Below are positions 8,980-18,555 of a stretch of 64,000 bases of DNA, in pieces; position 1 is the first letter of the stretch, and the number at the start of each line of letters is the position of its first letter. Source of the DNA: Clostridiales bacterium (GTDB lineage: Bacteria; Bacillota; Clostridia; Oscillospirales; UBA644); NCBI GenBank assembly GCA_016281915.1, contig JAEEJO010000077.1, positions 1,140 through 65,139 on the forward strand, in the 5' to 3' direction. Under the pieces are notes generated by a model. It was not told the DNA's origin, did not search any database, and worked only from the letters and a program-made list of their open reading frames with translations. The position numbers and the translations under genes were made by a program.

Positions 8980-10233
8980 ATGATATGTCCTGTGTGCGGC
9001 AAAAGCTTTGACGAGATAACTGCTTACTGTGATCAGTGCGGTTGGCTTTTCGGTAACGACATCACCGCTCTTTCCGACCCTCTTTGCGTAACTGCCGACG
9101 ACATACGCGCTTATGATCTCAGAGTTTATGAAGCACGAATGAAATACCACAATCACATAAATGATAATATGATTGCCGTATTTGCAAAAAAATTCAGTGA
9201 TGAGCAACTGAACCTTGCTTCAAACGAGCTTATCGCCGAAATATTCAACAGCGTTTCTCCCATGCTTGGAGATTTTATCCTCAAAAGACTCAGCGACTCA
9301 AAAAAACGCTCTTTCCTTACTGAAACAGACGGAAAATTCCTTTCCATCAAAAATGAGATAGAAAACTATTTTGCCGAAAATGAATCGGTTATGACGGGCA
9401 TGAACGGAAACACCGTAAACGACGGCCTGTTTTTTAACGGCGGCGATCTTATTTTTTTCTCAAACTCAAACGACGGCGGCTGCCTTTACAAAATGTACTC
9501 GGATTCCGGGGAAGTAAAACGCATTTGCTATGACGAATGCTTTTCGGTATACGCTTACGGCAACTATATCTACTATTGCAATCTCGGTGATAACTGCCGT
9601 ATTTACAGGATCAGAAGAGACGGCACGGCACGCAAGGTTTTGAACAATGATATGTCATGCTACATCACCGTCAGAGACAACTACGTTTATTATTCAAGCC
9701 GAAGCGACAGATACGGTCTTTACAGAATGTCGGTAGACGGTTCAGGCAGAAAACGCCTTATTGCAGACGGAGCAAGGGATCACTATATTGTCGGCGATAC
9801 GGTCTATTTCCAGAATTACAGCAGAAAAGACCGCATTTATTCCGTAAAAACAGACGGAACTTACAAGAAGCAGCTTAACGATGACGATTCTTCTTTTCTC
9901 AATTATAATGACGGCAAGCTGTATTACTGCAACGGTTCGGACAATAATTCCGTATATGTTATGAATACTGACGGAAGCGACAGAAAAAAGATATGCGACG
10001 ATTGCTGCTACTATCTCAACGTGTCCGGAGACATTGTTCTTTACAGCAATCATTCCGACGGAAACCGTCTCTATAAAATTAATAAAGACGGATCAGGCAA
10101 AACTGCCCTGAACCGTGACGACACATCGTACATCAATGTTTCCGGTGAGTGGATTTACTATAAAAACAGAAAAGATAAAAACCGCATATATAAAGTCCGC
10201 TTTGACGGTTCCGGATGGCAGCGAATGGAATAA
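8980..10233 (+). CDS. Zinc-ribbon protein with a C-terminal DUF5050-like beta-propeller repeat domain
   Basis: N-terminal CPVCG...(11 aa)...CDQCG. The C-terminal half holds about 7 tandem ~39-aa repeats of the pattern G-x-hYY-x-N-x-x-D-x-x-hY+h-x-x-DGSG-+. I see no signal peptide or TM. Confidence 0.6.
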   Translation: MICPVCGKSFDEITAYCDQCGWLFGNDITALSDPLCVTADDIRAYDLRVYEARMKYHNHINDNMIAVFAKKFSDEQLNLASNELIAEIFNSVSPMLGDFILKRLSDSKKRSFLTETDGKFLSIKNEIENYFAENESVMTGMNGNTVNDGLFFNGGDLIFFSNSNDGGCLYKMYSDSGEVKRICYDECFSVYAYGNYIYYCNLGDNCRIYRIRRDGTARKVLNNDMSCYITVRDNYVYYSSRSDRYGLYRMSVDGSGRKRLIADGARDHYIVGDTVYFQNYSRKDRIYSVKTDGTYKKQLNDDDSSFLNYNDGKLYYCNGSDNNSVYVMNTDGSDRKKICDDCCYYLNVSGDIVLYSNHSDGNRLYKINKDGSGKTALNRDDTSYINVSGEWIYYKNRKDKNRIYKVRFDGSGWQRME

Positions 10234-10360
10234 TCGGCAACAGAGATTTGCAAAATTTTATTAAAAAAGCAAAATTTTACAAGTGATGACAAAATATTGT
10301 CTTGACTTTGCATGACAAACAGTGTATAATAAACCAGATTTAATAAAGAGGTGTATTGAA

Positions 10361-10996
10361 ATGAGTGTTCTTCTTGATATTAAGGAAAATCTTATAAAAG
10401 GTAAGGCTAAAATCGTTGTAGAGCTTGTTCAGCAGGCGCTTAACGAGGGTATTTCCGCAAAACAGATACTTGAAGAGGGCCTTCTTGCAGGTATGAACGT
10501 TGTAGGCGAGAAATTCCAGAAAAACGAAGTCTATGTTCCCGAAGTTCTTGTTGCTGCAAGAGCAATGAACAAGGGTACTGAGATATTAAAGCCGCTTCTT
10601 GCCGCTTCCGGCGTTGAACCGATCGGCAAAGCATGCATTGGCACCGTAAGAGGCGACCTTCACGACATCGGTAAAAATCTCGTTAAGATGATGCTTGAAG
10701 GCAAAGGCTTTGAGGTTATCGACCTCGGTACCGACGTTGCACCCGAAACATTTGTTGAAACCGCAAAGAACGAAGGCTGTCAGATAATCTGCTGCTCCGC
10801 TCTTCTTACAACCACAATGGGCGCCATGAAAGAAGTAGTTGACTGTGCAGTAGCTGCCGGAATCCGCGATAAAGTAAAGATTATGGTCGGCGGCGCACCC
10901 CTTACCGATGCCTTCTGCAAACAGATAGGCGCAGATGCTTATACTCCCGATGCAGCAACTGCAGCTGACGTTGCGGCAGGCTTTGTAGGCAAATAA
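10361..10996 (+). CDS. Cobalamin (corrinoid)-binding protein, methyltransferase-cognate MtaC/MtbC-like
   Basis: B12-binding cap helices plus a Rossmann domain carrying the DxHxxG motif (GDLHDIGKN), then MVGGAP. Start at ATG 10361 after AAGAGG. Confidence 0.8.
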   Translation: MSVLLDIKENLIKGKAKIVVELVQQALNEGISAKQILEEGLLAGMNVVGEKFQKNEVYVPEVLVAARAMNKGTEILKPLLAASGVEPIGKACIGTVRGDLHDIGKNLVKMMLEGKGFEVIDLGTDVAPETFVETAKNEGCQIICCSALLTTTMGAMKEVVDCAVAAGIRDKVKIMVGGAPLTDAFCKQIGADAYTPDAATAADVAAGFVGK

Positions 10997-11013
10997 TTCT
11001 AATCGATAAAATG

Positions 11014-11046
11014 AAACACCGAGAGATCGGTGTTTTATTTTTTTAT
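11014..11046 (+). terminator. Intrinsic terminator
   Basis: AAACACCGA / TCGGTGTTT stem followed by TATTTTTTTAT. Confidence 0.75.
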
Positions 11047-11047
11047 A

Positions 11048-11076
11048 TTGACAAAACAATCCTCATATGGTAAAAT
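11048..11076 (+). promoter_or_regulatory. Sigma-A-type promoter for the GH35-to-hemW array
   Basis: TTGACA, 17 bp, TAAAAT with an extended TGg. Confidence 0.55.
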
Positions 11077-11111
11077 ATGATTCGGATTGAATGCTTAAGC
11101 GGAGGTATGGA

Positions 11112-12860
11112 ATGTCTGTTTTTGAGATACGCAGCGACGGTTTCTTTTTTGATAACAAAAAGATCCCCGTTCTGTCCGGCGCCGTTCATTATTTCAGAAC
11201 ACTTCCCGATTATTGGGAAGACAGACTCAAAAAGCTCAAAGCATGCGGGCTTAACACGGTCGAAACATATATCCCGTGGAATCTGCACGAAAAGAGGGAA
11301 GGGGAGTTCGATTTTTCCGGAATAGCCGATGTCGAACGTTTCATCGATATTGCCGCTTCGCTCGGTCTTTTCGTTATTCTTCGCCCAAGTCCCTATATCT
11401 GTTCCGAATGGGAATTCGGCGGCCTTCCCGCTTGGCTTCTTGCAGATAAAAACATAAATGTCAGATGCTCCTGCCCGCAATATCTCGAAAAGGTCCGAAA
11501 CTATTACCGCGTCCTTATTCCGCGTCTCGCAAAACATCAGTGCATTTACGGCGGACCCGTAATAATGATGCAGATCGAAAATGAATACGGCAGTTACGGC
11601 AATGATAAAAAATATCTGCGTTATCTTAAAGACCTTATGACCGATCTCGGAGTCAAGGTGCCGTTTTTCACTTCTGACGGTGGCACGGATACTCACCTTA
11701 ACGGCGGAACGCTTCCTGACGTTTTCAAAGTAGCCAATTTCGGCGGATGGCCTGATGAAGATATAAACTGTCTGAAAGCATTTCAGCCCGATTTTCCGCT
11801 TATGTGCGGGGAATTCTGGAACGGCTGGTTCGATCATTTCGGTGAAGAACATCATGTCCGGGATCTGCAGGATTACGAAAAATGCCTTGATCGCCTATTT
11901 GAGCTCGGCGCAAGCGTAAATATTTATATGTTTCACGGCGGTACGTCCTTCGGCTGGATGGCTGGCGCAAACCACGGCGGAAAATATGAGCCTGACGTTT
12001 CAAGCTACGATTACGACGCGCTTCTTGACGAGGCGGGCAATATCACCGAAAAATACCGTATAACACAGCGACTTATAAAAAAGCATTTCGGCGATTTTCA
12101 ATCCGAAGAGTTCCCTTATACGCCGGCAAGGGCATATGGTGACGTTCTTTTTACGTCGGCAGTCTCACTTTTTGAATGTCTTGATAAAACATCTGTCAGA
12201 CATCATTCATCATCCGCTCTTCCCATGGAAATGTACGGGCAAAATTACGGTTATATCCTCTATAAAACGAAAGTTCCATTCTATGAAAATGTAGCATTGA
12301 CAATACAAGCGCCTCACGACCGCGCGCATATTTTCATAAACGGAAAAAAACAGGGCGTTATTTACAGAAACGATGCCGATAAAACAGTCAACGTTTCTTT
12401 CCCCGAAAAAGAAAATACGCTCGAAATACTTGTAGACACCTTCGGCAGAGTCAATTTCGGACATCCTCTTTTAGACAGAAAGGGGCTTGACGGTCCGGTG
12501 CTTCTCAACTCGTTTCAGGAGCTTTTCGACTGGGACGTCTATTGCATAGAACCTGATGATCTGTCCTCTTTACCGTTTGAAGACGTTAAAGACAATATTT
12601 CATTCCCGTCCTTTTTGCGTGCATACATCGATATTGACTCCATTATTGAAGATACTTATCTTAAGCTTGACAATTTTTCGCGCGGTCAGATCTGGGTCAA
12701 CGGCTTTAATCTTGCTCGCTACTGGGTAACGGCAGGTCCGCAGAAATCATTCTATATTCCATCAAAACTTCTTCATGAAGGAAAAAATGAGATAGTTTTA
12801 CTCGAAACCGATTATTCCAAAGAACTTACGGCGTCGTTTACCGATACGCCCGAATTATAA
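11112..12860 (+). CDS. Glycoside hydrolase family 35 beta-galactosidase
   Basis: GAVHYFR...YWEDRL.K.KACGLNTVETYIPWNLHE and MMQIENEYGSYG (the GH35 acid/base region). Start at ATG 11112 after GGAGG. Confidence 0.9.
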   Translation: MSVFEIRSDGFFFDNKKIPVLSGAVHYFRTLPDYWEDRLKKLKACGLNTVETYIPWNLHEKREGEFDFSGIADVERFIDIAASLGLFVILRPSPYICSEWEFGGLPAWLLADKNINVRCSCPQYLEKVRNYYRVLIPRLAKHQCIYGGPVIMMQIENEYGSYGNDKKYLRYLKDLMTDLGVKVPFFTSDGGTDTHLNGGTLPDVFKVANFGGWPDEDINCLKAFQPDFPLMCGEFWNGWFDHFGEEHHVRDLQDYEKCLDRLFELGASVNIYMFHGGTSFGWMAGANHGGKYEPDVSSYDYDALLDEAGNITEKYRITQRLIKKHFGDFQSEEFPYTPARAYGDVLFTSAVSLFECLDKTSVRHHSSSALPMEMYGQNYGYILYKTKVPFYENVALTIQAPHDRAHIFINGKKQGVIYRNDADKTVNVSFPEKENTLEILVDTFGRVNFGHPLLDRKGLDGPVLLNSFQELFDWDVYCIEPDDLSSLPFEDVKDNISFPSFLRAYIDIDSIIEDTYLKLDNFSRGQIWVNGFNLARYWVTAGPQKSFYIPSKLLHEGKNEIVLLETDYSKELTASFTDTPEL

Positions 12861-12880
12861 ACGATCACAAGGAGATTATC

Positions 12881-13381
12881 ATGAAAAGAATTATCGTATC
12901 ATTACTTACTGTTGTTTTGTTTGCAGCTATACTTTTTTCCTGCTCATCGGCTTCTTCCGAAAAACTCGGTGCGCTTGATAAAACAGTTGAAAAAGCGTGT
13001 GCTGCAGCTGATTTTTCAAACGTTGAATTCACTTATAAGAGCGATGAATATTCCGAAGAGATACTTATGTTTATGTACGGTATCGAAGACGAAAACGTCA
13101 TTGATCAGATCGACGACTTCGTTCTTTCCGAACGTTCAGGAATGTCCGCGTCAACTTTCGCGATTATAAGATTTAAGGATGACACCGCAAAGTTTATCAT
13201 TGAATCCGCAAAAAGCGCGGTAGAAGAAACTTACGTTCAGGCGCTTATGAATGCCCTCATGCCGTATGATCCAACAGAATACGGTATTTCCCAAAATTAT
13301 AAATTCAAAACAATAGGCAATGACCTCGTTCTCGTTATCAGCAAAGATGCAGATGCGGTATTGGAAGCAATAGTAAAATAA
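12881..13381 (+). CDS. Small lipoprotein (DUF4358-like)
   Basis: Signal peptide with lipobox ILFSC; 166 aa. The family assignment is from memory only. Confidence 0.45.
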   Translation: MKRIIVSLLTVVLFAAILFSCSSASSEKLGALDKTVEKACAAADFSNVEFTYKSDEYSEEILMFMYGIEDENVIDQIDDFVLSERSGMSASTFAIIRFKDDTAKFIIESAKSAVEETYVQALMNALMPYDPTEYGISQNYKFKTIGNDLVLVISKDADAVLEAIVK

Positions 13382-13413
13382 ATCATCGGTAATATTGACT
13401 GTAAGGAACAACC

Positions 13414-14679
13414 ATGTACAGATTTGAAAAAACAGACGTCAGCATAACTGACAAAATGGCGATAGAAAACGGCATCTTTCAACAAACTTCATTCTGGGCT
13501 TCTTTCCGTTCGTTTATGAAGCCTCACGCTATAGTTGGCTATAACGACAGCGGGGAAACCGTTCTCAGCTGTCTGATGCTCTGTCTGCCCGTTTATTTAA
13601 CACCTTACTCCATCGGCTATATCACAAGGGGCTGTGTGTGCGATTACAAAAACCGTGATCTGCTTTCGGAATTTACCGCGTTTTTAAAAGAATACTGCAA
13701 AAAGCACTGCATAGTTTATGTGATATTCGATCCTTTTTGCGATTACAGAGTGGATTTTGAAGAGGTGACAGATGATAATATCATCTCATTCTTCGAAAAA
13801 CTCGGATTTGAAAAAAACACAACGGGCGTATTGCAGCCTAAAACAAATTACCGCCTTTTGTTTTCCGATACTTCAAGTCCCGAGGAAGAACGCAAAAAAA
13901 TGTATGAAAACTTTACCGTTCATCTTAAAAATGATATCAGGTTTTCTCATGACAGAGGCGTAACTCTCGATCTGTGCAAAGGGGACGATCTTCACCGCGG
14001 AGTCCGTGTATTTTATGACCTTCTTGTTGAAACGACTGAAAAAAAAGGTTTCGGCAGAAGAAATCTTGACTATTATATAAAGTTTGCCGATTCATTAAAG
14101 GACTTCGTATCGATTTATCTTTATAAGTATGATTATGAAAAAGATAAATCGTATACAGACGATGTCCTCAAACAGGCAACGCTCCGTCTCAAAACCCTTA
14201 CTGATGAGTATGACAGTCCTGAGACGACTGAGCAGAAAAGAGGTCGTCTCGAGCCTAAAATACGCGAGGCAAAAAAGCAGATTTCCGCAACCATAAAACG
14301 TGCCGAAATCGCCGCAAAGTATAAAAACAATCCGTACCTGAGCGCTTCGTTCTTTATTAAGATGGGCAACAAGGCTTATAACTTTTACGGGGCAAACTCG
14401 GGCGCGTTACGCGAGCTTAAACTGACCGCAAATTATGCCGATATGCTTGAAGATTCTCTTGACGGCAAAGTTACGTCGTTCAATATGGGCGGAACGCTTC
14501 GCCTTGATACGGTAAATATAAAAGACGATAAAATGTATGAGCTTTATCAGTATAAAAAACAGTATGGCGGCGAATTCGTGGAAATGCCTGGCGAGTTCTT
14601 CCTCGTAATCAACCGTAAAATGTTCAATTTCCTGAACGGTAAGCTCAATTATTTCAGAAGAATTATATACAGGAGATAA
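13414..14679 (+). CDS. FemAB-family peptidoglycan bridge-forming aminoacyltransferase
   Basis: 421 aa with two GNAT-like halves separated by a long charged coiled-coil insertion (KQATLRLKTLTDEY...KQISATIKRAEIAAKY), as in FemA/FemX. The N-terminal FQQTSFWASF pattern also fits. Confidence 0.7.
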   Translation: MYRFEKTDVSITDKMAIENGIFQQTSFWASFRSFMKPHAIVGYNDSGETVLSCLMLCLPVYLTPYSIGYITRGCVCDYKNRDLLSEFTAFLKEYCKKHCIVYVIFDPFCDYRVDFEEVTDDNIISFFEKLGFEKNTTGVLQPKTNYRLLFSDTSSPEEERKKMYENFTVHLKNDIRFSHDRGVTLDLCKGDDLHRGVRVFYDLLVETTEKKGFGRRNLDYYIKFADSLKDFVSIYLYKYDYEKDKSYTDDVLKQATLRLKTLTDEYDSPETTEQKRGRLEPKIREAKKQISATIKRAEIAAKYKNNPYLSASFFIKMGNKAYNFYGANSGALRELKLTANYADMLEDSLDGKVTSFNMGGTLRLDTVNIKDDKMYELYQYKKQYGGEFVEMPGEFFLVINRKMFNFLNGKLNYFRRIIYRR

Positions 14680-14681
14680 CA

Positions 14682-15524
14682 ATGCCAAAAAACAAAATTA
14701 CGGAGCATGCGCTTTACGCTCTGAAAGGCTTTGCTATCGGCTCCCTTATGACTGTTCCGGGCGTCAGCGGCGGCACCCTTGCCATAATTCTTAATATTTA
14801 CGATAAGCTTGTCTCGGCGGTCGCAACACTGTTTTCCGATTTTAAACGAAATTTCATTTTTCTTCTTACGGTAGGAGTTTCGCTTCTTATCGGTATGGTA
14901 TCGCTTTCAAAGCTCATCCTTCTTGCTCTTAACTTTGCGCCGATCCCAGTCAGCTTTTTCTTTATAGGCGCGATTGCGGGCAGTATACCGATGCTTTTCA
15001 AAAAAACGGGATTGAAAAAATTCAGCTTATCAGCTCTTCTCTGCGCGGCAGGAGGCATTGCCTGCGTCTTTTTGCTGGATTTGATTCCCGAAGGTATACT
15101 TGAACTTACAGACGGTCTGCACCTGTCTCAGCTTCCTGCCTTTATCGTCTGCGGTATAGCCCTTGCGGTTGCAGTGATCGTTCCCGGCGTCAGTTTTTCG
15201 CACATGCTGATGATATTCGGCATCTATGAGCGTTTTTATCAGGCACTTTCATCTCTTGACGTCGTTTTCCTTCTTTGCATAGGAATACCTACGGCGATTG
15301 CTCTGCTTGCGCTGATACGTCTTTTTGATTATCTTCTGAAGAAATTTCCCGCACAGTCCTATTCTGCCATTCTTGGCTTTGTAGTCGCTTCCGTCAAGGA
15401 TATTTTTAAGAGCATGCCCGCAGACGTCCTCACGGCACTTTTTTCTCTTGCGGCATTGCTTATCGGAATTGCCGTCGTATTCGCGGTTACAGGATTTTTT
15501 AATAAAAAACAGGATATAAAATGA
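14682..15524 (+). CDS. DUF368 family membrane protein (PopT-like candidate polyprenyl-phosphate transporter)
   Basis: VPGVSGGTLAIILNIYDKL near the N-terminus and a second PGVSFSHMLMIFG repeat; polytopic. Confidence 0.8.
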   Translation: MPKNKITEHALYALKGFAIGSLMTVPGVSGGTLAIILNIYDKLVSAVATLFSDFKRNFIFLLTVGVSLLIGMVSLSKLILLALNFAPIPVSFFFIGAIAGSIPMLFKKTGLKKFSLSALLCAAGGIACVFLLDLIPEGILELTDGLHLSQLPAFIVCGIALAVAVIVPGVSFSHMLMIFGIYERFYQALSSLDVVFLLCIGIPTAIALLALIRLFDYLLKKFPAQSYSAILGFVVASVKDIFKSMPADVLTALFSLAALLIGIAVVFAVTGFFNKKQDIK

Positions 15525-17434
15525 GTATTCTTACAGTTTCCGGTCTTTCAAAGTCGTTTTCTTCACGAACGATCTTTTCAGACATCTCGTTTCGTGTCGA
15601 AAACAATGATAAAATTGGCGTTGTCGGCGTTAACGGCTGCGGAAAAACCACATTGTTTCGGACCCTGATGGGACTTGAAGACTTTGAAAACGGTTCCGTC
15701 ATCAAGGAGCGCCGTCTTTCAGTATCATATATGGCTCAGCACAGCGACTATACTTCGCAAAAAAATCCGATGGAAGAGGTATTGTCGCTTTTTTCCCATT
15801 TTGAAGAAATGGAAAATGAGCTTGAAAAACTAAATGAAAAACTTGAGCTATACCCGGACAGATCATGGCTTGAAGCTCAGCATAAACTTACGGAACGTTA
15901 TATCTCCGAAGGCGGAATGACTTATAAAAGCCGTTGCCGCGCTACGCTCCTCGGTCTCGGCTTTCTTGAGAGCGAACTTTCCCTACCGCTCGAAAAGCTT
16001 TCCGGCGGACAAAGAACAAGGGTCCTGCTTGCAAAGATCCTTCTTTCAGGTTCCGATCTCTTGCTCCTTGACGAACCTACAAACCATCTTGACGTTCACG
16101 CCATACAATGGCTGGAAGATTTTCTTTCTTCATATAAAGGCGCAGTAATGGTAATATCGCACGACAGATATTTCCTTGATAAGATCTGCAATAAAATTTA
16201 TGAGCTTGAAAACGAGACACTTCGCGAATATAAGGGCAACTATACTAAATTCAAAGAACAGAAAGCCCTTGACAGACTGTCTGCTCAAAGAGAATACGAT
16301 AAAAAGCAAAAAGAAATCGAACGTATAGAGGGCATAATAGAGCAGCAGAAACGTTTCGGACAGGAAAGAAACTTCGTTACTATCAAATCCAAACAGAAGC
16401 AGATCGAGCATATAAAAGCTACGGTAGTTGAACCCGAAAAAGATCCGGATGAAGTTTCTTTTGCATTCAAGGCATGCTCCGAAACAGGACAGGATGCGCT
16501 TATAGTTGAAAACGTCACACAGAAATTCGGCGACAGAACACTTTTTTCAAACGTCAATATGCTCATAAAAGCGAAAGACCGTGCATTCATCGTCGGACCG
16601 AACGGCAGCGGAAAAACCACGCTTTTCAGAATCATTCTCGGCGAGCAGATACCTACTGGCGGCATCTGCAAAAACGGCGCGCGTGTAAAATACGGCTATT
16701 ATGATCAGAATATCAGCGGACTTGATATGTCCAAAACTATCTTTGACGAAATATCAGACAGCTTTCCGACTATGACGAACGGGCAGATACGCTCCGCCCT
16801 TGGCACATTCCTTTTCAGGGGAGACGAGGTCTTCAAGGAAATCTCCAAACTCAGCGGGGGCGAAAGAGCCCGTGTTGAACTTGCCAAACTAATGCTTTGC
16901 AAAACCAATTTCCTTATACTCGACGAGCCTACAAACCACCTTGATATCGCTTCAAAAGAGGCTCTTGAAGATGCCCTGCTTGAATATGACGGAACCATGC
17001 TTGTCGTTTCACACGACAGATACTTTATCAATAAGCTCGCAACTCAGATATATGCAATGGAGGACTCTCCGCAAGGGCAGGGGAGCATCGTTGTTCATTA
17101 TCCTGGCGGATATGAAAACTACCTTGCCGAGCTTGAAAAGAAAAACCAGACTGTCAGACCCGAAACGTCAAAACAGTCAAAAGAAAACGAATATTACAAA
17201 AAGAAGGCAGAAGATTCAGACCGAAGAAAGCGAAAATCAAAAATAGCAAAAATCGAAACCGAGCTTGAAACTCTCGATTCCGAAAAACACATGCTTGAAC
17301 AAAAGCTGTCAGACGGTTCTCTTGCCGATGATTATGAAAAAATGCTTGAGATATCAGAAAGAATCGCAGCTCTTACTGAAAGTTACGGTAATCTGTATTC
17401 CGAATGGGAAAAACTTGTTGAGGAGGATACGTAG
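15521..17434 (+). CDS. ABC-F family ATPase (translation-associated)
   Basis: Two NBDs (GVNGCGKTT, GPNGSGKTT; LSGGQ / LSGGE signatures) with no TM, an inter-domain linker and a charged coiled-coil C-terminal extension. The start overlaps the upstream stop (ATGA). Confidence 0.9.
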   Translation: MSILTVSGLSKSFSSRTIFSDISFRVENNDKIGVVGVNGCGKTTLFRTLMGLEDFENGSVIKERRLSVSYMAQHSDYTSQKNPMEEVLSLFSHFEEMENELEKLNEKLELYPDRSWLEAQHKLTERYISEGGMTYKSRCRATLLGLGFLESELSLPLEKLSGGQRTRVLLAKILLSGSDLLLLDEPTNHLDVHAIQWLEDFLSSYKGAVMVISHDRYFLDKICNKIYELENETLREYKGNYTKFKEQKALDRLSAQREYDKKQKEIERIEGIIEQQKRFGQERNFVTIKSKQKQIEHIKATVVEPEKDPDEVSFAFKACSETGQDALIVENVTQKFGDRTLFSNVNMLIKAKDRAFIVGPNGSGKTTLFRIILGEQIPTGGICKNGARVKYGYYDQNISGLDMSKTIFDEISDSFPTMTNGQIRSALGTFLFRGDEVFKEISKLSGGERARVELAKLMLCKTNFLILDEPTNHLDIASKEALEDALLEYDGTMLVVSHDRYFINKLATQIYAMEDSPQGQGSIVVHYPGGYENYLAELEKKNQTVRPETSKQSKENEYYKKKAEDSDRRKRKSKIAKIETELETLDSEKHMLEQKLSDGSLADDYEKMLEISERIAALTESYGNLYSEWEKLVEEDT

Positions 17435-18528
17435 TGTCTCTTTCGGCATATATCCACATTCCGTTCTGCAAAAGAAAATGTTACTACTGCGCCTTTTACT
17501 CGTATCAGGCATTCCCGGATACCATCAACGCGTTTGTCTCTGCTCTTGAAAATCAGATAAGACGGTCCCCTTATGCCGGATCACAACTCAGATCAGTTTT
17601 TTTCGGGGGCGGAACGCCTTCTGTTCTGCCGCTTGAATGCTATCTGCGTCTTCTCGACGCACTGAATGACGTATTTGACCTTTCCAATGCAGAGGTAACA
17701 ACAGAGCTTAACCCTGAAAGCGTGCGAAATCTGCTCAATTCAGAGCTTATCGGAAGGTTTACGCGTTTCAGCATAGGGGTCCAATCATTTGACGATGAAG
17801 AGCTTTCGCTTTTGGGCAGACTTCATAACAGCTCTCAGGCAAAGGACGCTTATTTTGCTCTTAGAGATGCCGGTGCGAAGAATATTAATATAGATCTTAT
17901 GATCGCACTTCCCGGACCAGAGCATCTTAAAAAGCTCGAAAATACACTTGAAACCGCAATCTCACTTGATCCCGACCATATATCCGCGTATATTTTAACC
18001 CCAGAAGAGGGAACACCGCTTTATAAGAAATACGGTGATTTCAACGAGGATTCATCGTCCGAACCGTATATCATGGTATGTGAAAAGCTGAAACAGGCGG
18101 GATATGAGCATTACGAAATATCAAACTTCGCCAAAAAAGACAGAAGATGCGTCCATAACATGTGTTACTGGACACAACAGCAATATTTTGCATTCGGTCC
18201 GAGCGCATGCGGGTTTGACGGTATTCACAGATACAGAATCAACTGCTCCGCGAAAGATTATATCTCAAAAAACGGCATTATCACGCCCTCAGTAGAAGAA
18301 ACGCTTGACACCGACCAGCTTTTTTCGGAAAAAGTCATGCTTTCTCTTCGGCTGTCAGACGGAACCGATGCCGAAACTCTCGCTAAGATCTGCGAAAACG
18401 AAACAAAGCAACGGTTTGTTGATCAGCTTATTTCCTCTTTTCTTGCAAGAATAAACGAATCGGGAGGACTTTCGCTGACCGATCGCGGCTTCCTTGTTTC
18501 AAACAGTATAATTTCCGAACTAATGTAA
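17434..18528 (+). CDS. hemW: Radical SAM heme chaperone HemW (coproporphyrinogen III oxidase-like)
   Basis: IHIPFCKRKCYYCAF CxxxCxxC radical-SAM motif, GGGTPS, and a HemN_C-like tail. The GTG start overlaps the upstream stop. Confidence 0.85.
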   Translation: MSLSAYIHIPFCKRKCYYCAFYSYQAFPDTINAFVSALENQIRRSPYAGSQLRSVFFGGGTPSVLPLECYLRLLDALNDVFDLSNAEVTTELNPESVRNLLNSELIGRFTRFSIGVQSFDDEELSLLGRLHNSSQAKDAYFALRDAGAKNINIDLMIALPGPEHLKKLENTLETAISLDPDHISAYILTPEEGTPLYKKYGDFNEDSSSEPYIMVCEKLKQAGYEHYEISNFAKKDRRCVHNMCYWTQQQYFAFGPSACGFDGIHRYRINCSAKDYISKNGIITPSVEETLDTDQLFSEKVMLSLRLSDGTDAETLAKICENETKQRFVDQLISSFLARINESGGLSLTDRGFLVSNSIISELM

Positions 18529-18555
18529 AAGCATAGCGATGATTCCGCTATGCTT

